Shown here: piece after piece, positions 48,340 to 61,035 of the stretch | How the letters are laid out: every line of letters starts with the position of its first letter | Position numbering within the stretch: the first letter of the stretch is position 1 | Source of the DNA: Felis catus | Taxonomy: Eukaryota | Length of the DNA stretch: 64,000 bases | Reading direction: 5' to 3' | Assembly (NCBI RefSeq): GCF_018350175.1 | Contig: NC_058368.1 | Coordinates: 54,190,001 to 54,254,000 of the forward strand | Position numbers and translations under genes: made by a program | The notes under the pieces: generated by a model | Databases searched by the model: none | Seen by the model: the letters and a program-made list of their open reading frames with translations, nothing else | Told to the model about the DNA's origin: nothing

Positions 48340-50090
48340 TATTCTGTAGGAACTTTTTGAAACCAGATGTTATAAAACAGAGGACACACATTATGTTCTA
48401 ATGCTCACAGTCCAATATAGAAATGCAAAAAATTTTTATTTGCTAAAAATATAGTTTTGCAGGGGCGCCTGTGTGGCTCAGTCAGTTAAGCATCCAACTT
48501 CGGGTCAGGTCATAATCTCACCATCAGTGAGTTTGAGCCCCGCATTGGGCTCTGTGCTGACAGCTCAGAGCCTGGAGCCTTCTTTGGATTGTGTCTCCCT
48601 CTCTCTCTGCGCCTCCCAGCTCATGCTCTGTTCTCTCTGTCTCTCAAAAGTGAATAAATGTTAAATTAAAAAAAATAAAAATATAGTTATGCAGAGAGAT
48701 AAGTGGAGGTGTAGTGAAGAAGTGGTTACATTTAGTTGGGGCATGGTCCCAGAAGACTTCATACAAAAGTTGATTTCAAAGAAGCATTTTAACTATAGAT
48801 GTTCCCAGTTGGGCGTGGAGATAGGGAAGGAAAGGTAAATGTAATTCTGGAATGATGATGCAATCTTAATGGAAGTACAGATGTGCAACCCAGAAGCTGG
48901 AAGAAATACATTACGGTTTAAGTGTTGAACACAAGGTGATACAGCAAGTGGCAAGGCAGGATCAGTCGCTACTTGCCTGGTTATGGAAAGCCGGGAGCTT
49001 GTGGGCTTGGGCTTTATTCCACAGGTCACAGGAAGTTCTTGAAAGATTTTAAGCCGTTGAGTAAAATGTCAAGATTTGTATTTTAGGTTAGATAACCCTC
49101 ATAGCACTGTTGAAGATGGATTCAAGATGCTGGCAGCGTGAGGAACGACCCTGAGAGTGGGGGTATTCCTGCTGTCTGTGAAAGCGCTGAGGAGATGAGG
49201 CTTTGAGAAGAGACAGCCATGGGCAGAAAGAAGGGATGGGACAAGTAAAAGGAGAGAGTAATAAATGTCGGTGCAGGTGACAGATGTGAGGCTGAGGATG
49301 AAGAAGGAGACTAGGATTATTCCCAGGTTTGGTCCTCAATTTCTGTCTGAATTACTCTGGCTTTCGAGAAAGAAGAGAACCCAGAAAGATAAGGGCATCT
49401 GGGAAAAATTCTATGTATGATTCTTGTCATTTTAAGAGCTCCAATCAAGGAGGTATGGTAGGTGTTTGGGCACCTATTTTAGCTAAAGTCATGGATGAGG
49501 ATATCAGAGAACGTCTGGCAAGAAGAGAAGATCAAAGACAAAGACGGAAGGACATAAAGCTTCGACAAGTGGGCAAGCAGAGGTGGCTGAGGGATATTTA
49601 GAGGTAGGAGGAGAACAAAGGGGAACAACAAGCATGTTAACAGTGACACGGAGTGCATGCACCTAATTCAAATGAAATAAGGACTGAAAACAACCCATTA
49701 GAAAATTGTGACATTTACTGCAACATTCACAGAGTCACGGGAGGATAGAAAGTTAAATTTTAAGTCATTTGAAGAAGTTAATGAGAGACGGTGGAGACAG
49801 CAATTTCAGGTCATTCTTTTGAAGACTTGGTCACCAAGGGGAAAGCTGGGATAATGTGTGCAGTAGCAAATGATGGAGATGATGAGGTAAGGTCTGATTT
49901 TCTTGATTACTTAATTAATCTATAAGATGGGAGAGCCATTCTGAGCATGTTTATAGCACATAAATCAGGAGCTGAAAGTGGGAGAGAAAAATTATACAGA
50001 AAGAGAACATAACTGCTGGAACAAGTTCATATCAAGAGTAAAACCTACCTTTGAGGAGGAAAAAAGACAGCTTCCTCTAATACTAAAAAT
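48340..50090 (-). mobile_element. L2 fragment, interrupted by a SINE
   Basis: GGGCTTTATTCCACAGGTCACAGGAAGTTCTTGAAAGATTTTAAGC...AGATAACCCT and AAATAAGGACTGAAAA antisense L2 landmarks. Confidence 0.7.
48462..48676 (+). mobile_element. CanSINE (SINEC_Fc)
   Basis: TSD AAAAATATAGTTTTGCA 48445-48461 / AAAAATATAGTTATGCA 48677-48693. Confidence 0.95.
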
Positions 50091-51023
50091 GGATGATATG
50101 GTCTGTGAAAACTGTCTTATTTAAAATCCGAACCTCGTGAAGGTAGCAGTTTCTGAGAACATTACATGAGATGATATGTGCTTAAGTGCTCTACACACAT
50201 GATGTGATTAATGCTGATTTATCTATCTGCTCCAAACCTTATAATTTTCTCTTTTCAGTACTTGTATCTTGTAATTTTTTCCCCAACATTTTTCTTGGCA
50301 CCAGGAAAATTCCCTCTGAAAAAACCATTAGTATAGACTCTGGTTTCAATTACTACGATTGCCCATTACTTCATCAACCTCAACACTCAGCAGCCACAGA
50401 CCTGGTTAATTTTAAGTGAGAGCTTCTTTCTCCGGGTCCAGGCCTTGTTCCAAGCTTGTTCCAGTACGACATACTGTTTCTTAAACAAAACAAAAAACAA
50501 ACAAACAAAAAAAACCCACGATGCTTAAATTCCAACAAAATTATTTCTGAAAATTACTTTTTAAACAAATATAGTAAGGTAAGAAGTAAAATAAGTAAAT
50601 GTATAGTTTTGATATTTACATTCCAACATTTCTACAAGGCTTTTAATGAAAACAGTGTCTGTTTCTCTCTCCTTTTTTCTACCTTGCCCAATCAGTTTCA
50701 AATCATCTTTGCTTTTTTTTGATATTTGCTTATATATTTTTGAAAAATCATCTTACTTTAATAAGATAGCTATACTTTTTTAGTTTTAGAAATGATGGAT
50801 TCACTTACTACAGTGAAAGACAAAGTTTAATTCCTTCATATCCCCCAATCTCCACTTTCTTCTCCCGCTTTTCCAATGTTTATTTTTGATTGGTCAGTAA
50901 TCAGTTTTTACATTATTGTGAGTGTGTAAATATTTTTCACAGCTAACTCATGTAAATTATTATGTGTACCTTTCCTTGATTTGATACGTTTTTATTTTCG
51001 GTTTGCCTTTAATTGATTTAAAA

Positions 51024-51059
<36 letters not shown>

Positions 51060-51366
51060 GTTTTAGTTGCTTGATTTTCTACATACCTATTACTTATTTA
51101 TCTCCAACTCTGCTAAAGTATAAATGTCTTCTCAATATTTTAAACATATAGGCATTTCTATGAATTCTATCTTCTCTGAGCTATCCTTCTAGTATAGTTT
51201 TCTTCTCCTAGTCTTTTTTCGACTGACTACTCTCTTGGCTTTTTGCATAGTTATTGTTGTTTTGGGATGTTCCTTCATCATTATCCTAGAAACTTTCATC
51301 CTTTTTCAAATGCATTGGTTCCCCTGTGTGTAAATCCATGTCTTTCTTTTTCTTGATTTACACCTT

Positions 51367-51402
<36 letters not shown>

Positions 51403-51483
51403 ATGACGTGTCTTCTATTAATTTCCTGAGAAAGCACTCAGGAGGATCAAGTTTGTGGTACTTTATAAATACGGTATGTCTTT

Positions 51484-51674
51484 TTTAATTTTTTTATCTA
51501 TTTTTAGAGAGAGAAATAGTATGAGCGGGGTAAGGGCAGAGAGAGGGAGGAGATGAGAGAATCCCAAGCAGGCTATGCACGATCAGTGCGGGGCTTGACT
51601 CACAAACTGTGAGATCATGACCTGAGCTGAAATCAAGAGTCAGACGCTTAACTGACTGAGCCACCTAGGTGCCC
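51484..51674 (-). mobile_element. CanSINE
   Basis: TSD TAAATACGGTATGTCTTT 51466-51483 / TAAATATGGTATGTCTTT 51677-51694. Confidence 0.93.
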
Positions 51675-52985
51675 TGTAAATATGGTATGTCTTTATTCCA
51701 CTCTCACCCTTTATTTCCAGTTTGGCTGTTGTAAAAATATAGGATAACAATAATATTCCTAATTTTGAATCAGTGTTTTATTTGTTTATCTAGTGTTGCT
51801 ACTGGCAACTTTGATGTGGGTTTTTTCTCTCTGGAAGTATTGTCCATGTTCTAAGTTTTAAAGTGATATACATTGGTGTGGGTCTTCCCCCCCACCCCCA
51901 CCCCCCACTCCCAGCCCTGCATTGTGTTAGGCATTCAATGGACTTTTCACTTTGAACATTAGTTTTAGAACATTTGTTAAATTATCTCCTTGCTAATCTC
52001 CTTAGCATATTTTTTTCTGTTCTCTCTGACTTTCCTATTATTCAGATAATGAGCTTCTTAAATTGATGCTCTATTTTTTCTTCTGATTTGATTTTTTACA
52101 TTTAGGCTTTTTATTTTAATTTGTTAGAGATTTTCTTAAGTTAAAATTCAACATTTTCTACTTAATTTTTTCACCATGTCTGCTAATATTTTTAATCTCC
52201 AAAAGTTTTCCTTTACTTGTCTGGATATTTATTTTTTTTACTATCATGGTCTTTTTTTTTCTGAGGAAGTAAAATTTCCTAGCTCTAAGAGGTAGAAGTT
52301 AAACGTGCATGCACACACACGCATACACACGTGCATGCACATACACACATACACTTAGAGCTTTCTAGGGCTTCCATCATTTTATTTTCTCTACATTTGT
52401 TATTTCTGTTTGGTCTCTGTCTTTCACCTTAGAGGCTTCCTCAGATGTCTGGGGATTCTTGGCCACATATAAATATGTAAGAATGAGTCACTAAACGTCT
52501 AATTAGATACTTATGGGCTTGTCAACTGGTGCACCTCCTTGGTGGGTGATCTGGCCTTGCTGTTTGGTCAGTGAACTCCCGACTGATAATAATTTTTGGG
52601 TCTTTTCTTTCAGTCTGGTTCGATTCCCCAGAGAAGAATTATCCAGCCTCATACCAGGAGGGTCTAACACTGGATGCTAGTGTTCAGAGAGTTAGGTTAG
52701 GGGAGAGATCAGGAAGGCCTCATGTGTTCTGTGTGCAGCCCATGAATATAGAAATGTCCTAGCCAGGACCTGTGTCCTCTACTGCAGTGTGCCCTCTGAC
52801 TCTTTTACAGAAAGGAAACCTCAGCCTTCCATAGAAGAGGAAGCCGTGATGCAGTTAGGGATCTGGTTCTCTTCATGTAGACATTCAATAATCCTCTTAT
52901 ATTTAATTAGCTTTAGGTTCCTGGATACTAATGATGGCAATTCTGGAGAATTCCTGAGTTTTGCAGTACAAATAAGTTTGCTTCT

Positions 52986-53301
52986 GGGGCACCTGGGTGG
53001 CTCAGTCGGTTAAGCGTCTGACTTCGGCTCAGGTCATGATCTCACAGTTCGTGAGTTCGAGCCTTACAATGGACTCTGTGCTAACAGTTCAGAGCCTGGA
53101 GCCTGCTTCAGATTCTGTGTCTGTCTCCTTCACTCTCTGCTCCTCCCTCGCTAGCACCCAGTCTTTCTCTGTCTCTCAGGGATTAATAAGCATTACTGGG
53201 TGTTATATGTAGGGGATGAATCACTGGATTCTACTCCTGAAATCATTATTGTGCTATATGCTAACTTGGAAGTAAATTAAAGAAAAAAACAAAATAAAAC
53301 A
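52986..53301 (+). mobile_element. Chimeric retrocopy: tailless CanSINE (52986-53178) fused to L1 3' end (53179-53301)
   Basis: SINE ends GTCTCTCA then directly L1 3' UTR ACTGGGTGTTATATGTAGGGGATGAATCACTGGATTCTACTCCTGAAATCATT and A-tail; single TSD AAATAAGTTTGCTTCT 52970-52985 / AAATAATTTTGCTTCT 53302-53317. Confidence 0.85.
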
Positions 53302-53548
53302 AAATAATTTTGCTTCTGCTTCTGGACATTCTTTATGAATATCTTGCAATTCACCTTTCTTCAGGCTAAGGCAGTTACTATTTGTCTATTTGCTTTCTAG
53401 CTTCCAAAATTGTGTCACAATATCTTTTCTTGCATGACGTTTGTATTTGTCATTTAATGCCTTAAAATCCACTGAGTTATTTTAGTAGAGCGTCATGAAG
53501 AAACAGAGGTAAGCATGCATTGGTTCGGCTATACAATTTAGGCCATTT

Positions 53549-53552
<4 letters not shown>

Positions 53553-53593
<41 letters not shown>

Positions 53594-53695
53594 TCCTTTC
53601 CATAACTGGAAATCTGTACCTCCCACCCCTCATCACCCATTTTGCCCATCTCCCACGCCTTTCCCTTTGGCAATCACCAGCTTGTTCTCTGTATT
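53553..53695 (-). mobile_element. (CA)n (53553-53591) plus short L1_Carn 3' UTR fragment
   Basis: TCCATAACTGGAAATCTGTACCTCCCAC...CACCCATTTTGCCCAT...TGGCAATCACCAGCTTGTTCTCTG homologous to 47815-47910. Confidence 0.75.
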
Positions 53696-55432
53696 TAGAA
53701 CATATAAGTGTTTTTGATACAACCTCTTAAGATATAGCATTATTTAAGAACACTGCTCTAAGCATGGAAGTCTCAACTTCTAAATGTTTTATAGAATGCA
53801 AAAACCCAACATGAGTTTCTAAATGTGATAAAATTGAATCACGAATCCCTTCAGTAACAAATAATCTACATCTAGTTCTATGTGCTTCACACATCTCTTA
53901 ATAACCATGAAGGGATTATAGTATTCTCAGTAGATCAATTCCATACTTCTTCTTATTAATCATTCTAACTTTTATAATGCTGAAAGTGCCAAAATATCTC
54001 CTCATTGCAGCTGCACATTCACAGTCCAAAACATTCTTTCCAGTATGACTTGATTATCCTCATCAACTTTGTAACAACCTTCATATGTGAGGTGAGAGAG
54101 TGAAGAAATCAATCTTGCCATCAATAAGATTGGATTAGGAGTTCCAATGTGAACTCAGAAATAGTGCACTAGTTGGGAGGGGAATTAGTTGGAATGTTTG
54201 CTCATTCTGTAGCAGAAAATAAAAAATAAAACAAAAGTAAATTAGAGTAAAAATCTTTTGAAACATGACTATTTCTCGCTTTCTAGAACTTGATGAAATA
54301 TTTAATAATTTCAAAGAATCAATAAATGTTGGGTCAGAAAAGCAGACATCTTCACCTGGATGAAAAGGCGAAAATGAAAATATCTGTATCTAGTCGTGTC
54401 GGTGTGGCTTCAAACCAATATGCTAGTAGAAAAGATTAAGCAACATGTAAATTAGAATCGAAGAACTGCCTCCGTTTTTGTAAGGTACAATTCTGAGGTC
54501 TGAATAATTTCTATGAGTTAAAATAGTCCACAGCAGTGAGTGGTTTATATGACAAAAGAACTTGAAGAAAGTAGGAGAGTTCTCCTGAGGGCCAACCACC
54601 CTTATTCAAGTAAATGGGATAAGTGCCTGAATAAAGCCTCAATCAGACATTGAAAAAAAATTAAGCAAAATCTGAAGTTAGAAAAAAAGTACCATTTTTC
54701 CAAATAGACTTTTTACTAATGAGCACTTCAGTTTACATGAATTTCTTTAAAAAATTTACATGAGTTTTTTTCCCCCAAACTATGTATCTTTATGCCACAT
54801 GTCCCTCTGTAAAGAAAAGTCTCATTCCCCATTGCAGAACACAGAAAATGAAATATGGTAAAAATATTGGTGGGAAGAGAGGGGAGGGTGGTGAGATGTT
54901 CTGAAATTAAGTCAGAATAAAATGAAGAATATTTATGTTCCTTTTCTCTTGGTTCTATTTCCAAACATGCACTCTCAAATTAGTATAGAAAAATATTTAT
55001 TAAGTGCTTAATGGCATGTAACTCCACTAGATAAATTATAAAGAAAATGAAAGATATATTAAAGTTACATCCAACTCTGAATTTTAAAGCCAAGAGAGAA
55101 AGCAAAGTAAACAAATTAAATGTAGAAAATGAAAGCCAAAAAAAAAAAAAAAAGAAAGAAAAAAAATGAAAGCTTTACACAAAACTCTAAGGAAACAGAG
55201 CAATGCAAAACCATTTCTAAGGAAAAAAAATCTACACCTATTAAAAAATCAGAGGGACTATTTTATCGTGTTGACTCATGAACTCAAGAGATATCAAAAG
55301 ATATCCAGTGCACTTTAATAACTTGTCGAAATCGGTCCAATTGTTCAATTCCATTTAACGTAAGAAGATGTAAATTGCATAATGTTGACCACAATTTAAA
55401 CAGATTTCATCACCTAGATCAGTTATATATCT

Positions 55433-55789
55433 ATCATTCATTCATTGCTTTATTCTTTCACCTTATAAACAATTACTTAGTGTTTATTGTCAGCTGGGTG
55501 TCAGGATATTGAAGTGGAAAAGACACGTGGTTCTCATTCTTTGTGAACTCAGTTGGAGAAGGTGAATACAATAACTTATAATACTAGAATTGCCATGTGA
55601 TAAGTTTTTATAGAGATAGGATGTTAAATGTTGTGGTGGGGAGAATAAAGGAAGGTTTCAGGAGTTATTATTGGGGTGCCTGGGTGGCTCAGTCAATTAA
55701 GTGTCCGACCGTTGGTTTCCGCTCAGGTCATGATCTCATGGTTCATGAGTTCAAGCCCTGCGTTGGGCTCCATGCAGAGCCTGCTTGGG

Positions 55790-55836
<47 letters not shown>

Positions 55837-56500
55837 CTCCTCTGTTCATGCTCACTCACTGCCCCTCTCTCTCTCTCTCTCTGTCTCTCTCTCAATATAA
55901 ATAATCTTAAAAAATTTAAAAAAGGAAGTTATTCTTGATTTCAACCTCAGTGTAACTAAGTTCTCAACAATAAATCAGTGGAGGGATTGTTTCAGGTAGA
56001 AGAAAATGTGCCACAGCACAGATCCTGAGAGAGCATAGATTGCTTTTTGGAAATTGCAGCATAAACATTGCAGATTTTCAGGAAGTAGTAGGAGAGAAAG
56101 GTGTTTGAAGGGACTTATGTATGCTAAACCAAGGGATTTGTACTTCAGTATAGGTATTGGGGAGTCACTTAAGAATTTTAAGAGGGAGATAAATGATTTA
56201 ATTTGCCTTTGAAAAGGTTTCTTGGTAGGATCTTGGAAGGTGAACTGGAAAGAACTGAGCACTTAGGCAGGAAGAAAAGTGAGTAGCAATTACAAGAAGA
56301 GAGGAAAGAATAGTTCTGAGAAATATTTAATACTTAGAGCCATCAGGTTTGTATCATTACCTAGATTCAGAGGCAGAAAGAAATCAAGCATGATTACCTG
56401 GTTTTTAGTTTGGTGACTGATGTTTCTATTACTCAGGTAAGTAGAAAAAGAGAAGAGCAAAGAGAGGATAATTTGTTTTGAGTAAATTGGATACTTTAAC
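55433..56500 (-). mobile_element. L2 3' end, interrupted by a SINE
   Basis: TCATTCATTCATT terminus, ACAATTACTTAGTG, TTTAATTTGCCTTTGAAAAG, TGATTACCTGGTTTTTAGTTTGGTGACTG. Confidence 0.7.
55673..55922 (+). mobile_element. CanSINE with long (CT)n
   Basis: GGGGTGCCTGGGTGGCTCAGTC head; degenerate TSD AGGAGTTATTATT / AGGAAGTTATTCTT. Confidence 0.93.
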
Positions 56501-58319
56501 AATGGAGAGTAAAAGAATTTACTTAAATATAAATGCAAGCAGAGCTTTTGGAAAAAATTGTTTTTTTCTTTGAAAATAAATCTTTTTTCCCCTAAACCCT
56601 GGAAATGTGTTACTAATATTAATTGATCTCTACAAATCCATACATGTACCTTTCCCATTCCTGGAACTGGGTATTATTTAAACCTACTTTCTTTGGAACA
56701 TTGCCTTTGGCAAATAGCCTGAAGAAGTATATAAATTTAGGAAAGCCTTTGCAGATGGAAATTCTGCTTTCCCCATTTTATTACCATTAATGTCCTTCCC
56801 TTTTCTTGACCATGAAGAGGAAGAATTCAATTAGAGGACACTTTTAGGTTTCAGCTTCGCCTTATAATAATTGGATTTCTTTAGTTATCACAGGACTAAC
56901 AGATGTGTCTGAAACCACCTTCTGTTTCCCAACATAATATTGTTGATCTCTATTTTTTTTTCTTTTTGGAACAGGGATGAGACAAATGGTGACCAGACGG
57001 TCCAGTCTGGGAAAGCATAATTGCCAACCGTGATTTAAGTGGGAGTGGAAAAATTCCTCAGAGGAAAGTGGGAATTTAGCTCAAGATAGTAGTTTCCATG
57101 TGTGAGAGGGTTTTAATTTCTCCAAAGGAAGAAAAATCGGAATAACAGAAAAGAAAATCATTTACAGGATTTAGGATGATAAGTTTATTTTTAGGGAATC
57201 TATTTAAAATAGCTGTTTCTTGTGTGTGTATATTTGTACTAGTAGAAATAATTAAACTTTTTTTTTCAGGTCTTAGAATTTCCCATCAATACTTTAGAAG
57301 GAGTTAACTGAGCTGACAGATTTGATTACTCAAAGTGGTCAGTCTCATTTTTTATTTCACTTTGACATAAGACTTGGCACAAGTCTATTACAAGCTATGC
57401 TCATTTACTGCTGCACTTCGAAGTTATAAATCTGGTTTACATCTATGGAAAATGTAGTGTAGAATTGAAGACATGTCCAATTATCTGGGCAATTTGTTTT
57501 ATGAACTTATACCAAATTAAATAGAAAGCATAGCCAGTATTTGTTCTTCCTCTGTGGGCTGCAAATCAGTTAAAAAAAGAAAAAAAAAAAACAACCTTCT
57601 TGAACAGGGGCATTGAAAGTTCTGGCTTTTGAGACTGTTTCCTGAATGTGTTCTGATTAAAACAGGATCTGAAAGTCTGATTGATAGTCTCTATTTCCTT
57701 TCTTAATGTCACAAATACATTCAGAATGTTGATCCCATGAAAGGTAGAATTGCTGAGCTGGACTGCATCGCCTTTAGCAGTTCTTCATATTAGTTAGAGG
57801 AAATGATTTGACTAAGCACTTAAATCATGGATATGCAAGGCTGGTTCACAGGAAATAGTTATGGAAAGGGATTTTGTGAGTCTCTCATCTATAAAAACGA
57901 AATAAAATTCAGCCTAGGATGGGTAATCAAGACATGGTATTGCATGTATACACGTTTGGCTTTTACAAACAGAGTGACTCATTTAATCAAGCATCATACG
58001 TAAAGATGAATTGTCAAGCATTTGTCTGCTGGTAATAAAAAGTCCAGGAATATAAGACTATGACATTAGTGGGGATGATGGTGGCAAACTGTCTGCTTTT
58101 TTGATTTTACTCTGTTTTGGAGAGGGAGACAGGACTACTGAATTAAAACAAAACAAAACAAACAGTGGAGCAGACTTTAAGCTCTTGAAAACTTCTTTGA
58201 TGATAGGATTCGTAATTGTATACATTTGCATCCAAGATTACTTGTGAGAATGTCTGTTTATGCATTTGCACAGCCTGTTTGATAAAGGTATTAACTTCTG
58301 CTAACACTTGCCCTCTACT

Positions 58320-58535
58320 GGGGCGCCTGGGTGGCTCAGTCGGTTAAGTGTCTGACCTGGGCTCAGCTCATGATCTCATGGTTCGGTTCTTGGGTTCGAG
58401 CCCCGCATCAGGCTCTGACAGCTCAGAGCCTGGAGCCTGCTTGACATTCTGGGTCTCCCTCTCTCTCTCCCACCCCCACCCCCACCTGCACTCTGTGTGT
58501 GTTTCTCTCTCAAAAATAAATAAACATTAAAAAAT
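58320..58535 (+). mobile_element. CanSINE (SINEC_Fc)
   Basis: GGGGCGCCTGGGTGGCTCAGTCGG head, AAAAATAAATAAACATTAAAAAA tail; TSD degenerate. Confidence 0.93.
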
Positions 58536-60166
58536 AATGACATGCGGTCTATTGTGTCTTCCATTACATTCAGAGACATACACATTTTCTTAAAGGCTGG
58601 TTTTCTTGTTCTGAATGTTTCTTGTTTCTAGGCACTGACAGCCACCCAGGTCTGTGCTGCTCTTTAATGCAAGCTCCCGTAGCTGCCTTCTATCTTGGAA
58701 ATTGACCTCTTGTTCTCTGGAGAAGGGACACCTGCACGAGGCTGGACCTCCCTGAAATGTCCCTGGAATATCCTCCCAGGCCTGCAGGACTATGATGGAG
58801 CACCCAGTCTATAGCGAGGCCTTCTACCTTGCATTTCCTGGGTCACATTTTCCCTCTTCATTGTATTCCCATCCCTATTTCCATTACTTAGCAATTCGAC
58901 ATGGTTTCTGACTGCAGGGGGTTTCTCATCTTATTTTTCCGGATAGCTGTGTGTTTATTCAGTTAAGCTGCATTTCCATCAACTTAAAGATTTGACATCA
59001 TTCATGCTGCCATATTGACTGGAATCAATACTTTTTTTTAAGGCTTCATTGAGATAATTGTGTTTACTTAGGAATTTTCATTGCTACCTTAGTCCAGACT
59101 CTGCTTTAAGACCCACCACCAACTGTCTCTGTACTGGAGACAGTTACCGTCGTGCACATCCAGAGCTCTACTGTACATGGGGACTCGTCACTTAATTAAA
59201 TTATTTCTATTTCTTTTAAACAATAACAATTTACAAATCTCAAGAACATACGTATTAAATAATTTTAAAAAATAAAAATTAAGCTGTCTTATTTCTTTCT
59301 ATTCCTTTATTATTATTCCAGGTCTTAAATACAACCACTTTTTCTGTCAACAGAGGCAAAAAAGGTATCAACAGGGAGGAATATTTTAAAATCCAAAAGT
59401 AATGAACCTTTACTTCACTCTTAAGGTTATTTGCCAGTGAAAAATACTTGCTTAGTTTCAAATCTGCAATCATATATGGCAAATAGATTAGCACAAATAG
59501 ATTTAGAAAATAGTCCTTTGTGCTAATGAAAAAATTAAATCACTTGGTAAAAATAATTTATTTTTGTGGGTGAGGATTTTGCTCCTTAGAGGATAGTCAA
59601 CACTCATCATTTTTATCATAGATAAGAATTTAAAACTATTTCTCAGGAGAGCTATTATGAAAGCCTTAAAAGGAATCTCCTTATTCTCATATACATTTCC
59701 TGATCTGTTTTTCTTTCTGCTGTTAAAATTAAGTGGATGCTGTATTGAAACTTATCCTCATTGCTTTTTATTCTCTCCAGAATTGTTCACGTCATAGTCT
59801 ATTTTTCTCCATTTATTATACTAATTTGCTCTTAATTTGACAGGTTTCCTCATGTCTCAATGCATTGTTTTGACAGTGAGTTACTCATCAAGATTTTACT
59901 TGAAAAAAGAAAATGATAATTCATGTTCACATGTTAAACTTAACTCATTTTAGTCTCTTTTTTTTCCCACAGTCCTATGTGCTTTCCAAATGACAGAGAC
60001 TATAACTGACAAGATAATGGATTAAACTTTATAAGTTAATCTAGCTAAAGAGGGTTCACTGGATACTAGAAAGTAAACTAAGAGCAATGTTTTTTTTTTG
60101 TTTTTTTGTTTTGTTTTTTAAATAAAAGAATGCCACCCCCCCCCCCACCCCCCACAAAAACCCACA

Positions 60167-60363
60167 TGACACCTGGGTGGCTCAGTTGGTTAAGCATTTC
60201 ACTCTTGGTTTCAGCTCAGGTCATGATCTCGCCAGCTGTGAAACTGAGCCCTGTGCTGGGCTCTGGGCTGACAGTGCCAAGCCTGCTTGGGATTCTCTCT
60301 CTCCTTCTCTCTCTGCCCTTCCCCCCCTCACACTGTCTCTCAATATAAACAAATGTTAAAAAA
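60167..60363 (+). mobile_element. CanSINE
   Basis: TSD AAAAACCCACA 60156-60166 / 60364-60374. Confidence 0.92.
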
Positions 60364-60374
60364 AAAAACCCACA

Positions 60375-61035
60375 AGAATGCAAGCTGGTGCAGCCACTCT
60401 GGAAAACAGTATGGAGGTTCCTCAAAAAACTAAAAATAGAACTACCGTACCACCCAGCAATTCCACTACTAGGCATTTATCCACGGGATACAGGTGTGCT
60501 GTTTTGAAGGGACTAATGCACCCCAATGTTAATAGCAGCACCATCAACAATAGCCAAAGCATGGAAAGAGCCCAGATGTCCATTGATGGATGAATGGATA
60601 AAGAAGATGTGGTATATTTACAAAGGAGTAGTACTCTGGTTTCTCTTCAGATCGTATATACAATGGAGTATTACTCAGCAATCAAAAAGAATGAAATCTT
60701 GCCATTTGCAACTACATGGATGGAACTGGAGGGTATTATGCTAAGTGAAATTAGTCAGAGAAAGACAAAAATCATATGACTTCACTCTTCACTCATTTAA
60801 GAGACAGAACAAATGAACATAAGGGAAGGAAAACAAAAATAATATAAAAACAGGGAGGGGGACCAAACAGAAAAGACTCATAAATGTGGAGAACAAACTG
60901 AGGGCTACTAGAGGGGTTGTGGGAGGGGGGATGGGCTAAATGGGTAAGGGGCACTAAGGAATCTACTCCTGAAATCATTGTTGCACTATATGCTAACTAA
61001 TTTGGATGTAAATTTTAAAAAATAAAAAATAAAAT
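60375..61035 (+). mobile_element. 5'-truncated felid L1 3' end
   Basis: Collinear with 36004-36770 of the near full-length L1 in this window; A-rich tail ~61017-61035. Confidence 0.95.
60631..60658 (+). pseudogene. RNU5: U5 snRNA 5' fragment (retrocopy, about nt 1-28)
   Basis: TACTCTGGTTTCTCTTCAGATCGTATA (60632-60658) equals nt 2-28 of mammalian U5 (ATACTCTGGTTTCTCTTCAGATCGTATAAATC) as recalled; absent from the homologous position of the other L1 copies here. Confidence 0.88.

Larger units (their letters stand above)
50800..53450 (-). mobile_element. HAL1/L1ME-like ancient element with nested SINEs and microsatellites
   Basis: TCTCTGTCTTTCACCTTAGAGGCTTCCTCAGATGTCTGGGGATTCTTGGC resembles HAL1; homologous to 1250-1930; (TG)n near 51026-51058 and 51366-51402. 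Confidence 0.6.

Noticed and set aside
60124..60374. SINE at 60167 and adjacent L1 at 60375 as a second SINE-L1 chimera
   Set aside because: The SINE has its own A-tail and an 11-bp TSD, so it is an independent insertion.
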